Shown: piece by piece, positions 53,643-63,209 of the stretch
Position numbering within the stretch: the stretch's first letter is position 1
Layout: each line of letters begins with the position of its first letter
From: an uncultured Chloroflexia bacterium
Lineage (GTDB): Bacteria; Chloroflexota; Anaerolineae; Anaerolineales; E44-bin32
NCBI GenBank assembly: GCA_963797485.1
Contig: CAWCPF010000001.1
Location: 219,567-283,566, forward strand
Length of the DNA stretch: 64,000 nucleotides
Direction: 5' to 3'
Made by a program: the position numbers and the translations under genes
Notes under the pieces: model-generated
The model's database searches: none
What the model saw: the letters and a program-made list of their open reading frames with translations, nothing else
Told to the model about the DNA's origin: nothing

Positions 53643-54703
53643 TCAATCGCCGGTTGGAAGAGCCAGGGTGGTGCGGGTCCCGGCCTGGCTGCCCTCGATC
53701 GCCACTTCGCCCCCCAGCTGTTCGACCCGATCGCGCAAACGCTTGATGCCTCCGGGGCGCAAATCGTCGCCCCCATTGAGACTGTCCGGATTGAAGCCTT
53801 TGCCGTTGTCTTCGACCACCGCCCTGACCAGATGATCGTCCATGTCGAGCATGATCTTGACTTGGGTCGCTTGGGCGTGCTCGCGGACGTTGGCCAGAAA
53901 CTCCTGAACGGCCCTGAAGACAAGCACCTCACGCGTTGAGTTCAATCGGCGCTCGGTGCCCGTGATCACGCAGTTGATTTCCAGCCCGGATTTCTCTTCG
54001 AAGGCCTCGGTGTACCGGCGCACGGTGGGTGCCAGGCCCAGATCGTCGAGCATCATGGGGCGTAGGTCGAAAATGAAATCCCGCACCTTGCCAAACGTCG
54101 AGGCGGCCGAATCCTTCAGGCTGGCGAGTTCCTCGCGCGCCTTGTCAGGGTCGGTTTCGAACAAGCGCATGGCTATTTCGGTCTGCAGAATAAAGTTGGA
54201 TAGTGCCTGGGCAGGCCCGTCGTGGATCTGTCTGGAGAGCTTCCGGCGCTCCTCTTCCTGTGCCTCGATGATGTCCTCAACCCCACTTTCGATCCTGTCT
54301 TGCGAGGTCTCGCCCTGGACCTCAATCTCCGGATTACCCTCCAGCAGAGTCAAAGTCCGGGTCAGCAGGTCCGACTGGCGCTCGAGGTGCTGCTTGTCGC
54401 TCTCCAGCTTCTCGAGCTGTCCGCGGATTGTGAACAGGCGCTGCTGAGCATCTTGAGCGGATTCGTAGGCGCTCAAGATGTCTTCGCGGGGAACCGTCTC
54501 GAAGGCGGATTGAATTTGATGTAGCCGGTTGGTGATAGTTGCATTCCGCTGGGCAAGCTTGTCGACCTCACCATGGCTCTGCTCGATAAGCATCTTGATT
54601 TCAGATAATTTGGTCTTGACCTGCTCAAGATCAGTGTGACTTCGAAGTCTATGAAGACCTCGACGGGCGTTTTTTCCTGAACGGGCTCGGCGTGCTCGGT
54701 CAT
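53643..54703 (-). CDS. degS: Cytoplasmic DegS-like sensor kinase (frameshift near 54640)
   Basis: Coiled-coil N-terminus, IIEAQEEERRKLSRQIHDGPAQAL, IFDLRPMMLDDLGL, EDNGKGF. Confidence 0.8.
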
Positions 54704-54715
54704 CCCACTACCACC

Positions 54716-55408
54716 TCATTTGCGGGTGTCCTGAAGGCGCACCCAGCCATGGCGCAGGGCGTAGACTGCCGCCTGCGTCCGATCTTCGACGTCTAGCTTG
54801 TGCAGAATGGCGGTCATGTGGTTCTTGACCGTTTGATGGCTGATACCCAGACGGGCGGCGATCTCCTTGTTGCTCATACCCCGCGTGACGAACTGAAGAA
54901 TCTCCATTTCGCGTGGCGACAAGGGGGTGAAGGCTTCCACATCGCCCTCCAAGTGGGGCCGGCGGATGTTCTCCACACCCTTGGACAGCCACTGGTCGAG
55001 GCCGTCCTTGTCGTACACCTGGTCGCCCACTACGAAATAGCCCCGGGCAACATGCCGGATCACATCGACCAGTTTGCCGGCGTGCACATCCTTCGAACAG
55101 TAAGCCTTGGCTCCGGCGCTGAACGCGTGCAAGACCTGTTCCACGTCATCATAGGCCGTGAGCAGCACGACCGAGGTATTGATACGATCAGCGCTCAACT
55201 GGCGTGTGACCTGCATGCCGTTCATGTTGGGTAAGTTGATATCGATCAAAGCGATGGTCGGCTGCAGGTCGTGGATCAATTTCAGGGCCTGATCGCCGTC
55301 GGTGCCCTCCGCCAGGACGTCAATGTCGTCTTCGGCGTCGAGCACGTTGCGCACCCCCTCGCGGAACAATGGATGGTCATCGACAATGACAAGCTTGATG
55401 GTTTCCAT
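54716..55408 (-). CDS. degU: DegU-like NarL/LuxR-family response regulator
   Basis: VDDHPLFREG, DINLPNMNG, LSPREMEIL...SNKEIA...TVKNH...DRTQA...HGWV. Confidence 0.8.
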   Translation of the reverse strand: METIKLVIVDDHPLFREGVRNVLDAEDDIDVLAEGTDGDQALKLIHDLQPTIALIDINLPNMNGMQVTRQLSADRINTSVVLLTAYDDVEQVLHAFSAGAKAYCSKDVHAGKLVDVIRHVARGYFVVGDQVYDKDGLDQWLSKGVENIRRPHLEGDVEAFTPLSPREMEILQFVTRGMSNKEIAARLGISHQTVKNHMTAILHKLDVEDRTQAAVYALRHGWVRLQDTRK

Positions 55409-55610
55409 CTGTGGCCCCGCCGATCAATACCCGGTCCAGGGATGTTGGGCCGTTTCGCCCGGCCGATCCCCCATACCGCGCATCACCGGGCCGGCCAACG
55501 CGTCAAGCATATGATCTGACGCGCCCGCGGACCCAAGCCGGCGATCGGGCGCGCCGAACCCGGCTTCATTCCGACCTTGGACAATGTCGGCAGTATAGCA
55601 CAGCCGTTCC

Positions 55611-57053
55611 TCAAGGCAACTCAGGCTGCCATCGGTAGACGGACATGTGCTCCCCCCCGGCCTGAAGGCTGAACGGCGCGTCGCCGGCATAGATCGGAGC
55701 TCGATCGGAGGTCAACTCCGGATACCACCCCGGAAAGGTCATCAGATAGGCCGCCCGCTTCGAGTCCAGGTACTCCGACAGGCGGGCCTCATCGCGGATG
55801 AAGGGGATCACCTCAGGGTTCACCAGTCCGGCAAGGTCGAGAATGGGGCGACCCCCGAAATAGCCCAAGGCCCCGATGTCGTGGGCGGCGATCAGATCGG
55901 CCGGCTGGGTGTGGTCGCGAATCCAATCGGCGGTCTGGACCATCTCGGTGTTGATAATGGCCACATCCTGGGCATAGGCCCCGCTTCCCAGCACCCAGAA
56001 AATCCCCAAAATCAGCCCCCATGTGGCCAGCCAGGCGCGCGACACAATCCATCTCCAGCCGCCCGACCCAGCCGCGCGCGTCCATTCCCTCAATCCAAGC
56101 AGACCGATGATGGTCAGGATGGGGATGGTGGGCATGGTGTAGCGCCCATGCTGGTAGACGGCCGGCAGCCGCAGGGCGAAGATCCCCAAATAGGCCAGGG
56201 CCCACGCGACGGGCGCCAGCCGCGACCACTCGCCAAGGCGCCCCCGTTTGAAGACCCACACAATCAGGCCCGGCAGCAGGATCAGCCCGGGGCCGACCAG
56301 CGGCTGCAGCCCCTCCCGCCCCAGCCGGTTAACGAGCGTGGTCTGGGTCAGGATGGCGTACTCCGCCTGCTTGGCGAAGAAGGTGTTGGGCCAAATCTGA
56401 CCCGAAAGCGCCAGGTTGAAACCCAGGTATGGGACAAGCAGCAACAGCACGCCAAAACCGAACTTGACAAGCCGGGACCACGCCGCCCGGTCCCTTGGGC
56501 CATCAAGGAGCACCTTCCACGCATAAGCCAGGCCCAGGGTCAGACCATCAGGGCGGATCCAGGCCGACAGACCGACGAGTACACCCCACAGCACTGGCAG
56601 CTCCGGACGACGGTCTATGCCCCACACGATCGCCAGCGCTATCCCAGCCATGGCCAGCGTCTCCATTCCGGAGAGTGCCGCCCAGGCCAGATGCCATTCG
56701 AAGATGATGGCAGCCGCGGCGGCGGCCGGCCAGACCCAGCCGTTGTCGTCGATGACCCATTTGGCCGCCAGCCACCCCGTCAGGCCGAGCATCAACCACC
56801 CGACGGCCGCCGACCAGGTTACCGGAGAGAGTCCGAACACGGCCGACGGTGCCTGGATGAGCGCCCAGAGCGGAGAGGTCGAGCCAGCACTCGGCTCGCC
56901 CGGAACGAAGGCCCACTGTCCGAGCTGGACCAGGTTGCGCGCGTACGTTTGATGGATCCAGGCGTCGTCAAGAGGGAAACCCGGGCCCGTCAACGCCAGG
57001 CTACGAGCCGCATACAGCCCCAGCGAAGCCGCCGCGGCTGCCACGGCGGCCAA
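55611..57053 (-). CDS. Polytopic GT-C-type membrane glycosyltransferase
   Basis: LDDAWIH..YARN, GSTSPLW, SGMET, RPDG, DIGALGY, DLAGLV; many TM helices. Start uncertain. Confidence 0.75.
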   Translation of the reverse strand: MAAVAAAAASLGLYAARSLALTGPGFPLDDAWIHQTYARNLVQLGQWAFVPGEPSAGSTSPLWALIQAPSAVFGLSPVTWSAAVGWLMLGLTGWLAAKWVIDDNGWVWPAAAAAAIIFEWHLAWAALSGMETLAMAGIALAIVWGIDRRPELPVLWGVLVGLSAWIRPDGLTLGLAYAWKVLLDGPRDRAAWSRLVKFGFGVLLLLVPYLGFNLALSGQIWPNTFFAKQAEYAILTQTTLVNRLGREGLQPLVGPGLILLPGLIVWVFKRGRLGEWSRLAPVAWALAYLGIFALRLPAVYQHGRYTMPTIPILTIIGLLGLREWTRAAGSGGWRWIVSRAWLATWGLILGIFWVLGSGAYAQDVAIINTEMVQTADWIRDHTQPADLIAAHDIGALGYFGGRPILDLAGLVNPEVIPFIRDEARLSEYLDSKRAAYLMTFPGWYPELTSDRAPIYAGDAPFSLQAGGEHMSVYRWQPELP

Positions 57054-57089
57054 CAGCCATCCGGGACCGGGACGAACTCGACCAGTCCT

Positions 57090-58667
57090 TCACGATGACG
57101 ACCCAGCCGGCTCGACGACTTTGAAAAGGTAGATGGGCTGTTCAAAGCTGTCTTTGACCTGGACTTGAAGTTCGAGCCAGCTCACCGAACCCGGGGCCGC
57201 GTAGAGAGCATCCAATCCGGGAGGATGATTGGCCTCGAGCACCACCCAGCCCGCCTTGAATTGCCTGACCACTTCATGCAGGCGGGCGGGGTTCCCATCC
57301 GGGATAACCACGGCGGGTGTGTGGGCCGCCAGCCAGAATCCAGGCGGATTATTGACCGCCACGACGGCAAAATCGTCCACCGAAGCCGGCAGTGCGGCGG
57401 CCACGCGCGGATAGTCCCGTTCGGCTGTCCCCCAGCCCCGTCCGGCAAGGGAGGGACCGATCTCGCGGGAGACGAACAAGCCCACGGTCACCACGGCCGC
57501 AATGACAGCCATCCCGGCCCCAAGCACCCGGAGGGCAGGCTCAACTTTCCAACCCCGACGCGCTGACATCCATTCCAAGAACGCTTCCAGGCCAAAGGGA
57601 GCCAGGGCCCAGACCATCGGCATCACAGCCGAGGCGGAATGAAAGAATCCGCCGCGAGTTCCCGGGAAGGGAAACGCCAGGCTCATGGCCAGGAACAGGA
57701 GCAGCAGGTAGCCTGCCGCCAGGCGCACAAGCCGGTTGGCGCGCAGCCGCCACGCACCCCAGAACACCAGCGGCCACAGATAGATCAAGCCATTGACCAC
57801 CAGCAGGCTGACCAGGTTGCTGAGTATCGCCTGGAGCCGGGCGGTCAGAATGGCGCCCAAGCCTGAGGCCAGCCAGTCTGAGAGGCTGAGTGCGGACGCC
57901 GGATAGGTGAACAGGGCGTTGTAGCTGGTCAGCCAGGCGGTCTTGAGCCCACCCGGCGAGAGGGGGCCGCCGGTGACACGCCACATGCGGACAAACCAGG
58001 GCAGCATCACGGCCAAATAGCCGGCGAGGAGCAGCCCGAGGCCCGTCCTCCGCCGGCGGTCGTTGAGCCACCATGCGCCAATGGCAACTACCAGCATCAG
58101 GAGTCCGTCGGCCCTGGAAAGGTGACACAGCCCGGTCAAGAGTCCGGCCAGGAACCAGGTCCACGCCGGCCGCGACGGCGCCGCCGAGGCTGCGAACAGG
58201 CACAGGCTCCCGACCACAGCGAAGAGCGAAAACGCGTCTGTGGTGACCAGGAAGGGGAGGTAGAAGCCCGACAAGCCCGCCAGGGCTCCCGCCAGCAGCA
58301 CCTGCTGACGCCGCGCCCCAAGTCGCCCCGCCAACCACGCTGACAGCAGCGGCAGGCTGGCGGCCAGCAGCAAAAAAGGCAGGCGGCCGGCGTTGAACGA
58401 ATCGCCGAAGACGGCCATGGATGCGGCGGCCACAAAGGTGGTAAGCGGCATCCAGTACAGGTGAGCCGGCTGAGGCAAGCGCAGGAAGGCCTCCGCCAAG
58501 AAGTTCCAGACGAACGGAACCTGCAGGCCGCCCCCCGCATGCAGGACTCGCGCGGTGGCAAAGTACGTGTCGGCGTCCATATAACCCGGCTCGCCAACCC
58601 AGACCGACGCCAGCGCGGCCACAAGTAATCCGTATGCGGCCAGGCCGGCGGCAAGCTTGCGGCTCAT
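57090..58667 (-). CDS. Polytopic GT-C-type glycosyltransferase (ArnT/PMT-like)
   Basis: MDADTY..AR, YWMPL, LSRADG; many TM helices. Confidence 0.72.
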   Translation of the reverse strand: MSRKLAAGLAAYGLLVAALASVWVGEPGYMDADTYFATARVLHAGGGLQVPFVWNFLAEAFLRLPQPAHLYWMPLTTFVAAASMAVFGDSFNAGRLPFLLLAASLPLLSAWLAGRLGARRQQVLLAGALAGLSGFYLPFLVTTDAFSLFAVVGSLCLFAASAAPSRPAWTWFLAGLLTGLCHLSRADGLLMLVVAIGAWWLNDRRRRTGLGLLLAGYLAVMLPWFVRMWRVTGGPLSPGGLKTAWLTSYNALFTYPASALSLSDWLASGLGAILTARLQAILSNLVSLLVVNGLIYLWPLVFWGAWRLRANRLVRLAAGYLLLLFLAMSLAFPFPGTRGGFFHSASAVMPMVWALAPFGLEAFLEWMSARRGWKVEPALRVLGAGMAVIAAVVTVGLFVSREIGPSLAGRGWGTAERDYPRVAAALPASVDDFAVVAVNNPPGFWLAAHTPAVVIPDGNPARLHEVVRQFKAGWVVLEANHPPGLDALYAAPGSVSWLELQVQVKDSFEQPIYLFKVVEPAGSSS

Positions 58668-58752
58668 GCTTTCCCGCCGGCCCCGACGGCCGGACGCTTG
58701 GAGGCGGGCCGGAGTCCGACGGCGCCATCGCAGGGTTGGGCGTGATGCGTAT

Positions 58753-60675
58753 TCATCCGGTCAGGGCGTAAAGGCTGTAGCCGTCGCCAAACGTGCTCAC
58801 AAGCGAAAGGGATTTGAGCAGCTCATCCAGGGCGTTCCAATCCTCAAGCGTGTAGCGCTCATCGGTGTCGCGGATGAAGGCCATCCCCGCCTGATTTACG
58901 AGCACGTACGCGAGACCCTGGGACCGCCAGCCCGCCAGGATGGCCTGGTTGTCGGGAGTCGTGCGCCTTAGGGTGTACCAGCGGTCGATCCACGTGTCCG
59001 GAAGGCACGTGGGCTGACAGTCATAGCCGCGCGGCTCCCAAAGCATGGCCACGGAGCCGGGTTTTCCGAGCGGCCCGACGGCCCGCATCGCCGGCAGATA
59101 GGCGCCCAGGCGGCGAGCGGCGGCCTCGTCGGCGCGCTCCGTGCCCACCACCACCCCCAGCGGGCGCTCAAAGCTCAGGGCGTTCACGGCGGCGATCGCG
59201 GTCAGGCTCATGACGAGCAAGACGAGGGCTCCGGCCAACCTCCCAAATCGCACGCTCCCCCAGCGTGCCGGTCGAAGACCGTCATAGCCCATGCCCGCCA
59301 GCGCTGCCCATGCCGGGAAGATGACCAGATAGAGTTTGGACTGGGACAAGAGTTCGGAGGCGAAGCCAGCCATTCCCCAGGCCGCCCAGCCCGCCAGCAC
59401 AAAGGCCGCCAGCAAACCGGATGGTGTGTCGGCTCGGAAAGGCACGAACAACGCCGCCAGCCCCAATCCAAGCAGGAGCGGACCGATGGTGGCGGCGTAG
59501 CCCGGACCGCCCTCCACGCCGAAGATGGTGGCAAAGATCGGCACCCCTGGCCCCACGGGCTGGAATCCGGCCGAGTGAGTACCGGAGAAGAACGCCTGTC
59601 TCAATGGAGTAACCCACGGCGCCCCGCCGACGAAAGGATAGAGGGGTGCACCGGTGGCGAGCAAGTTCTTGACAGGCCAGATCATGAAGGTCAGCCCGGC
59701 CGCCAGCACGAAAGCCGCGGCAGCTCTTGGAGACGGGCGTCCGCGCCACATCAGCGCCAACCCCGCCAACCCGCAGATCGCGACCACTCCGGCGGTGTAC
59801 TTTGTCCCCATCGCAAAGCCGGCCAGGGCACCCGCCCACAACGACCAGCGGATTTCGCCATCCTTCCGGTAGAGGTCGAGGCAGATCAGGACCGCCAATC
59901 CAAACAGCGCTGCCGGCCAATCGTCATACCCCCACGCCATCGAGGACCAAAGCGTTTGTCCGCACATCAGGCTGGCTGCCGACACCCAGGCACCGGCCGG
60001 CCAGTAGCGGCGCACGAAGCCGAGGGTCCCGGCGGCCGCCAAGCATGCCACGAGCAGGCCCAAGACCATAGCCGACGACGCCCCGCCCAGCGCCATAGCC
60101 CAGGTGTTCATCATTTCCATCAGGAGCGGGTTTCCCCAAAAAGGGTTGTCGGGGGTGAAGGCCACGCGGCCCTGGGACAGGAACTGAGCCGGGAGCGAGA
60201 GGTGGTAGACGAGAGCGTCGAAGTGAAGAGGCGGTCCGAGCGCCTCGAGCAGATCGATCCCCACGAGCAGCGCCACCGCCGCTGCCAGGCAGACCTCGAA
60301 GACGCCGGACGGGCGCAGCTCCCCGAGCCCGCGCCTCAGCCTGGCTGCCCACTCCAGACCAGAACGCCAGAGGCCGATCAGCGCCAGACCCAGGATGGCG
60401 AGCGCCGGCCACGTTCCCACGCCCAAGAAGGCCCCAACCGGTAGCCATGCGACCCCAAACACGCCAAGACCCACGGCCGCCTGGACCGCAGCGCCCGCCA
60501 GTTCCCCGGCGGGCCGCATCGGGAGCAAGCGCGTCCCCACCGATCCGCAGGCAAACAGGATCAAGATCGGCACCATCAGGTGGACGGCGTCAGCCGCCAG
60601 CGACGCAGCCAGGCCCGGGTTGAGGGGCTTGTGCACCGCATAGTAACCCACCAGGGCGGCAAACAGCAGAGCCAA
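58753..60675 (-). CDS. Polytopic GT-C-type glycosyltransferase (ArnT/PMT-like)
   Basis: FDALVYHL, GTKYT, KNLLATGAPLYPF. N-terminus uncertain. Confidence 0.72.
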   Translation of the reverse strand: MALLFAALVGYYAVHKPLNPGLAASLAADAVHLMVPILILFACGSVGTRLLPMRPAGELAGAAVQAAVGLGVFGVAWLPVGAFLGVGTWPALAILGLALIGLWRSGLEWAARLRRGLGELRPSGVFEVCLAAAVALLVGIDLLEALGPPLHFDALVYHLSLPAQFLSQGRVAFTPDNPFWGNPLLMEMMNTWAMALGGASSAMVLGLLVACLAAAGTLGFVRRYWPAGAWVSAASLMCGQTLWSSMAWGYDDWPAALFGLAVLICLDLYRKDGEIRWSLWAGALAGFAMGTKYTAGVVAICGLAGLALMWRGRPSPRAAAAFVLAAGLTFMIWPVKNLLATGAPLYPFVGGAPWVTPLRQAFFSGTHSAGFQPVGPGVPIFATIFGVEGGPGYAATIGPLLLGLGLAALFVPFRADTPSGLLAAFVLAGWAAWGMAGFASELLSQSKLYLVIFPAWAALAGMGYDGLRPARWGSVRFGRLAGALVLLVMSLTAIAAVNALSFERPLGVVVGTERADEAAARRLGAYLPAMRAVGPLGKPGSVAMLWEPRGYDCQPTCLPDTWIDRWYTLRRTTPDNQAILAGWRSQGLAYVLVNQAGMAFIRDTDERYTLEDWNALDELLKSLSLVSTFGDGYSLYALTG

Positions 60676-60803
60676 CCCGATGGCGGCGCGCCCCGCGCGA
60701 GCTTGCCGCGCCGCGGCCCGTCTGTCTGTCTCCCTGTGCCGGGTCTTTCATCGGTCCCGCCCGGCCAGGCTCAAGATCGCCCGGGGTTGCTTTGTGAGAG
60801 ATT

Positions 60804-62054
60804 TCACAAGGTCCTCGATCCGCGCCCCTGGCCGATACTGAGCACTTCCGATCGGGTCGCCCACCACCGCACCCACCACAGTCCCAATAGCGCGGCGAAA
60901 GGGAGCGGGATCAACATCAAGGAGCTCTCCTGATTGCCTTGCAGGGTGTTGATGAATACCAGCCACGGCAAGCCGACCAGCGCCGCCAGTGTCATGACCG
61001 TGGCCAGGCCGCCGGCGGTGCCCCAACGCTGCACCCACAGGCTGAAGATCAGCACTATGCCTGGGATGAACACCAGATAGTTGGTGCTGGCCGTGCGGAG
61101 GCTGACCAGCTGTGTGACCACCAATGTGAGCGCCGCCGTCCACTGAAACCAGCGGTCGGGCTTGCCCATCGAGAGAAGCCACTCCCACAGCACGTACAGC
61201 ACCGCAGCGGCGCTGACGCCCACCGTCAACCACAGCGATCCAAACGGCAGGCCGTCGGCGACGAGCGAAATCGGCGACCCGGCCGGCGAGTAGCTGGGAT
61301 AGCCGACGACCTCGCGGATCCATGCCAACGGCCAGCCGGGCATGATCGCCACGAAGGCGCCCATGAGCACCGCCGAGGCCCCGACGGTCCAGGCTGCCAG
61401 CGCCCTGCGGCGGCTAAGCAGCCCCCAAAGGAGAACAAATGGAAACAACAGCACCACGATTTGGGGTTTGGTCAGGGACAGCGCCAGCAAAATCCCAGCC
61501 ACGGCATCCTGCTCGCGTTGAATGGCCCACAAGGCCCCGGCTATCAGCGCCGCCTCGATGACCGCAAACTGGCCCAGGACCACAGCCCGAAATCCTTGAT
61601 ACCAGACCAAGGAAAAGATCATCAGGGCGGCGAACAACCACGGCCGGGGCCGCCAGCGCGCCAGCTGGATGCCGATGAGCGTCAGGACCAACAAGGCTGC
61701 CTCTAGCACCGTCATCCACACGGCGCGCGCCCACGTGAAAGGCAGCAGGGAAAGCGGAGACACAAAGATCACAACGGGGAGTGGATACGCGAAGCGGGCG
61801 AGATCCTCACCCGCCGCCGGATCAGCCGGCCGGCCGTAAATGATTTGCTGCGCTTGTTCCGCTACCACAGGGTCATAGGGACTGATTCCCTGCGTCAGCC
61901 AAAGGCGAGTGCCGAGCCAGCGCGGCAAGAAGTCGTTCCCGCCCGGGGCCTGAAGGGCGAAGCGGTAGTTCTGATAGGTCATGGCGGCAGAAAGGATGAC
62001 CAGGAGCAGCGCCAGCAACGCGCGCCGGCCTTGGTCGTGGCCGTAGGCTCTCAT
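60804..62054 (-). CDS. GT87/DUF2029-like membrane glycosyltransferase
   Basis: NDF, SPY, FAYP, LGQ and KPQ motifs with about 10 TM helices. Confidence 0.8.
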   Translation of the reverse strand: MRAYGHDQGRRALLALLLVILSAAMTYQNYRFALQAPGGNDFLPRWLGTRLWLTQGISPYDPVVAEQAQQIIYGRPADPAAGEDLARFAYPLPVVIFVSPLSLLPFTWARAVWMTVLEAALLVLTLIGIQLARWRPRPWLFAALMIFSLVWYQGFRAVVLGQFAVIEAALIAGALWAIQREQDAVAGILLALSLTKPQIVVLLFPFVLLWGLLSRRRALAAWTVGASAVLMGAFVAIMPGWPLAWIREVVGYPSYSPAGSPISLVADGLPFGSLWLTVGVSAAAVLYVLWEWLLSMGKPDRWFQWTAALTLVVTQLVSLRTASTNYLVFIPGIVLIFSLWVQRWGTAGGLATVMTLAALVGLPWLVFINTLQGNQESSLMLIPLPFAALLGLWWVRWWATRSEVLSIGQGRGSRTL

Positions 62055-62243
62055 GCGGGTTGGTGGCCAGGGCAGTGGATGGGCATTTGGTCTCTTGAGG
62101 CGGAGGACGCAACGATCCACACGGCCGGAGGGCCGACTTGCGCAGGCGTTCGGTGATGTTAGCATATCCAGGCCAATCTGCAAGGAGGCGGCCTCATTAG
62201 CGCTGGTTCCGGCGATCGATCGGCTGCATCACCCCAAGCTCCC

Positions 62244-63146
62244 GTGCCCCCCGAACCCGAGGGTGGGGCACGTAGGAGAGATGTGTCCGCCTCCGGGGCG
62301 CAGGCCCTGCTGGCCGAAATGCGCGCCCGGCCTGCCGTCTCGCTTGGCCTCGGGGTGGCTCTGCTCGTGTTTCTTGCGGCATGCATCGTGTTCTTGCCGC
62401 CGGCGGTGGATTGGTCGGGAGTTTTTCGACCGGCAGCTTTGACCTTGCTGGCTGGCCGTTCCCCCTTTTCAGTCCCCGGCTACTTCAACGCGCCCTGGAC
62501 ATTGTTGGCCCTGGTACCGTTTGCGCTCCTCCCCGAACCTATCGGCCGGGCTTTGATCGCCCTGGCCAGCCTGGCCTGCTTTGCCTTTGCCGGCGTGAAG
62601 CTCGGCGCCAAGCCATGGACCTTGGCGCTCTTCTTGACCTCGCCCCCGGTTCTTCACTCTTTGTTGAATGGCAATCTGGACAGCCTGACACTGCTGGGTG
62701 TGGTGGTGCCCCCGCAGCTTGGCCTGGTGCTGCTGGCGACCAAGCCGCAAATTGGCCTGGCGGTGATCATCTTTCGTCTGGCCGAGTCCTGGCGGGAAGG
62801 AGGTGCGCGCAGGCTGGTCAAAGACGCCTGGCCGCTGGCCGCTCTGGGCCTGCTGTCGATCGCGTTGTACGGCGCCTGGCCGCTGCGCTCCACGCAAGAG
62901 ATCGGCCTGTGGTGGAATGCCAGCCTCTGGCCGGCCTCGATACCCTTCGGGTTGGCCTTCCTGGCGTTGGGGTTGAGCCGCCGCCAGCTGCGCCCAACTC
63001 TGGTGGCTTCGCCGCTTCTCTCGCCTTACGTGCTGCTTCATGCATGGGTCGGCGCGTTGGCGGCCACACTCGAGTCATTCCCGGTGGCGGCGGCCGCCGT
63101 GGCCGGCACATGGATTCTGGTGGCCATCCGGGCCATGGGAGGCTGA
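62244..63146 (+). CDS. GT87-like membrane glycosyltransferase
   Basis: DW, FNAPW, NGNLD, TKPQ, SPY. Start uncertain. Confidence 0.7.
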   Translation: MPPEPEGGARRRDVSASGAQALLAEMRARPAVSLGLGVALLVFLAACIVFLPPAVDWSGVFRPAALTLLAGRSPFSVPGYFNAPWTLLALVPFALLPEPIGRALIALASLACFAFAGVKLGAKPWTLALFLTSPPVLHSLLNGNLDSLTLLGVVVPPQLGLVLLATKPQIGLAVIIFRLAESWREGGARRLVKDAWPLAALGLLSIALYGAWPLRSTQEIGLWWNASLWPASIPFGLAFLALGLSRRQLRPTLVASPLLSPYVLLHAWVGALAATLESFPVAAAAVAGTWILVAIRAMGG

Positions 63147-63209
63147 CATGGGTGCGGCCAAGGACCAGCACCCAATACGGGTCTCGCAGGTCATAACGGA
63201 GATGCCGTC

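Noticed and set aside
55647..57098. Long antisense ORFs (for example 55647..57098, 49337..50545, 20075..21289, 10773..11828)
   Set aside because: They are shadows of real genes, expected at high GC, and contain no recognisable motifs.
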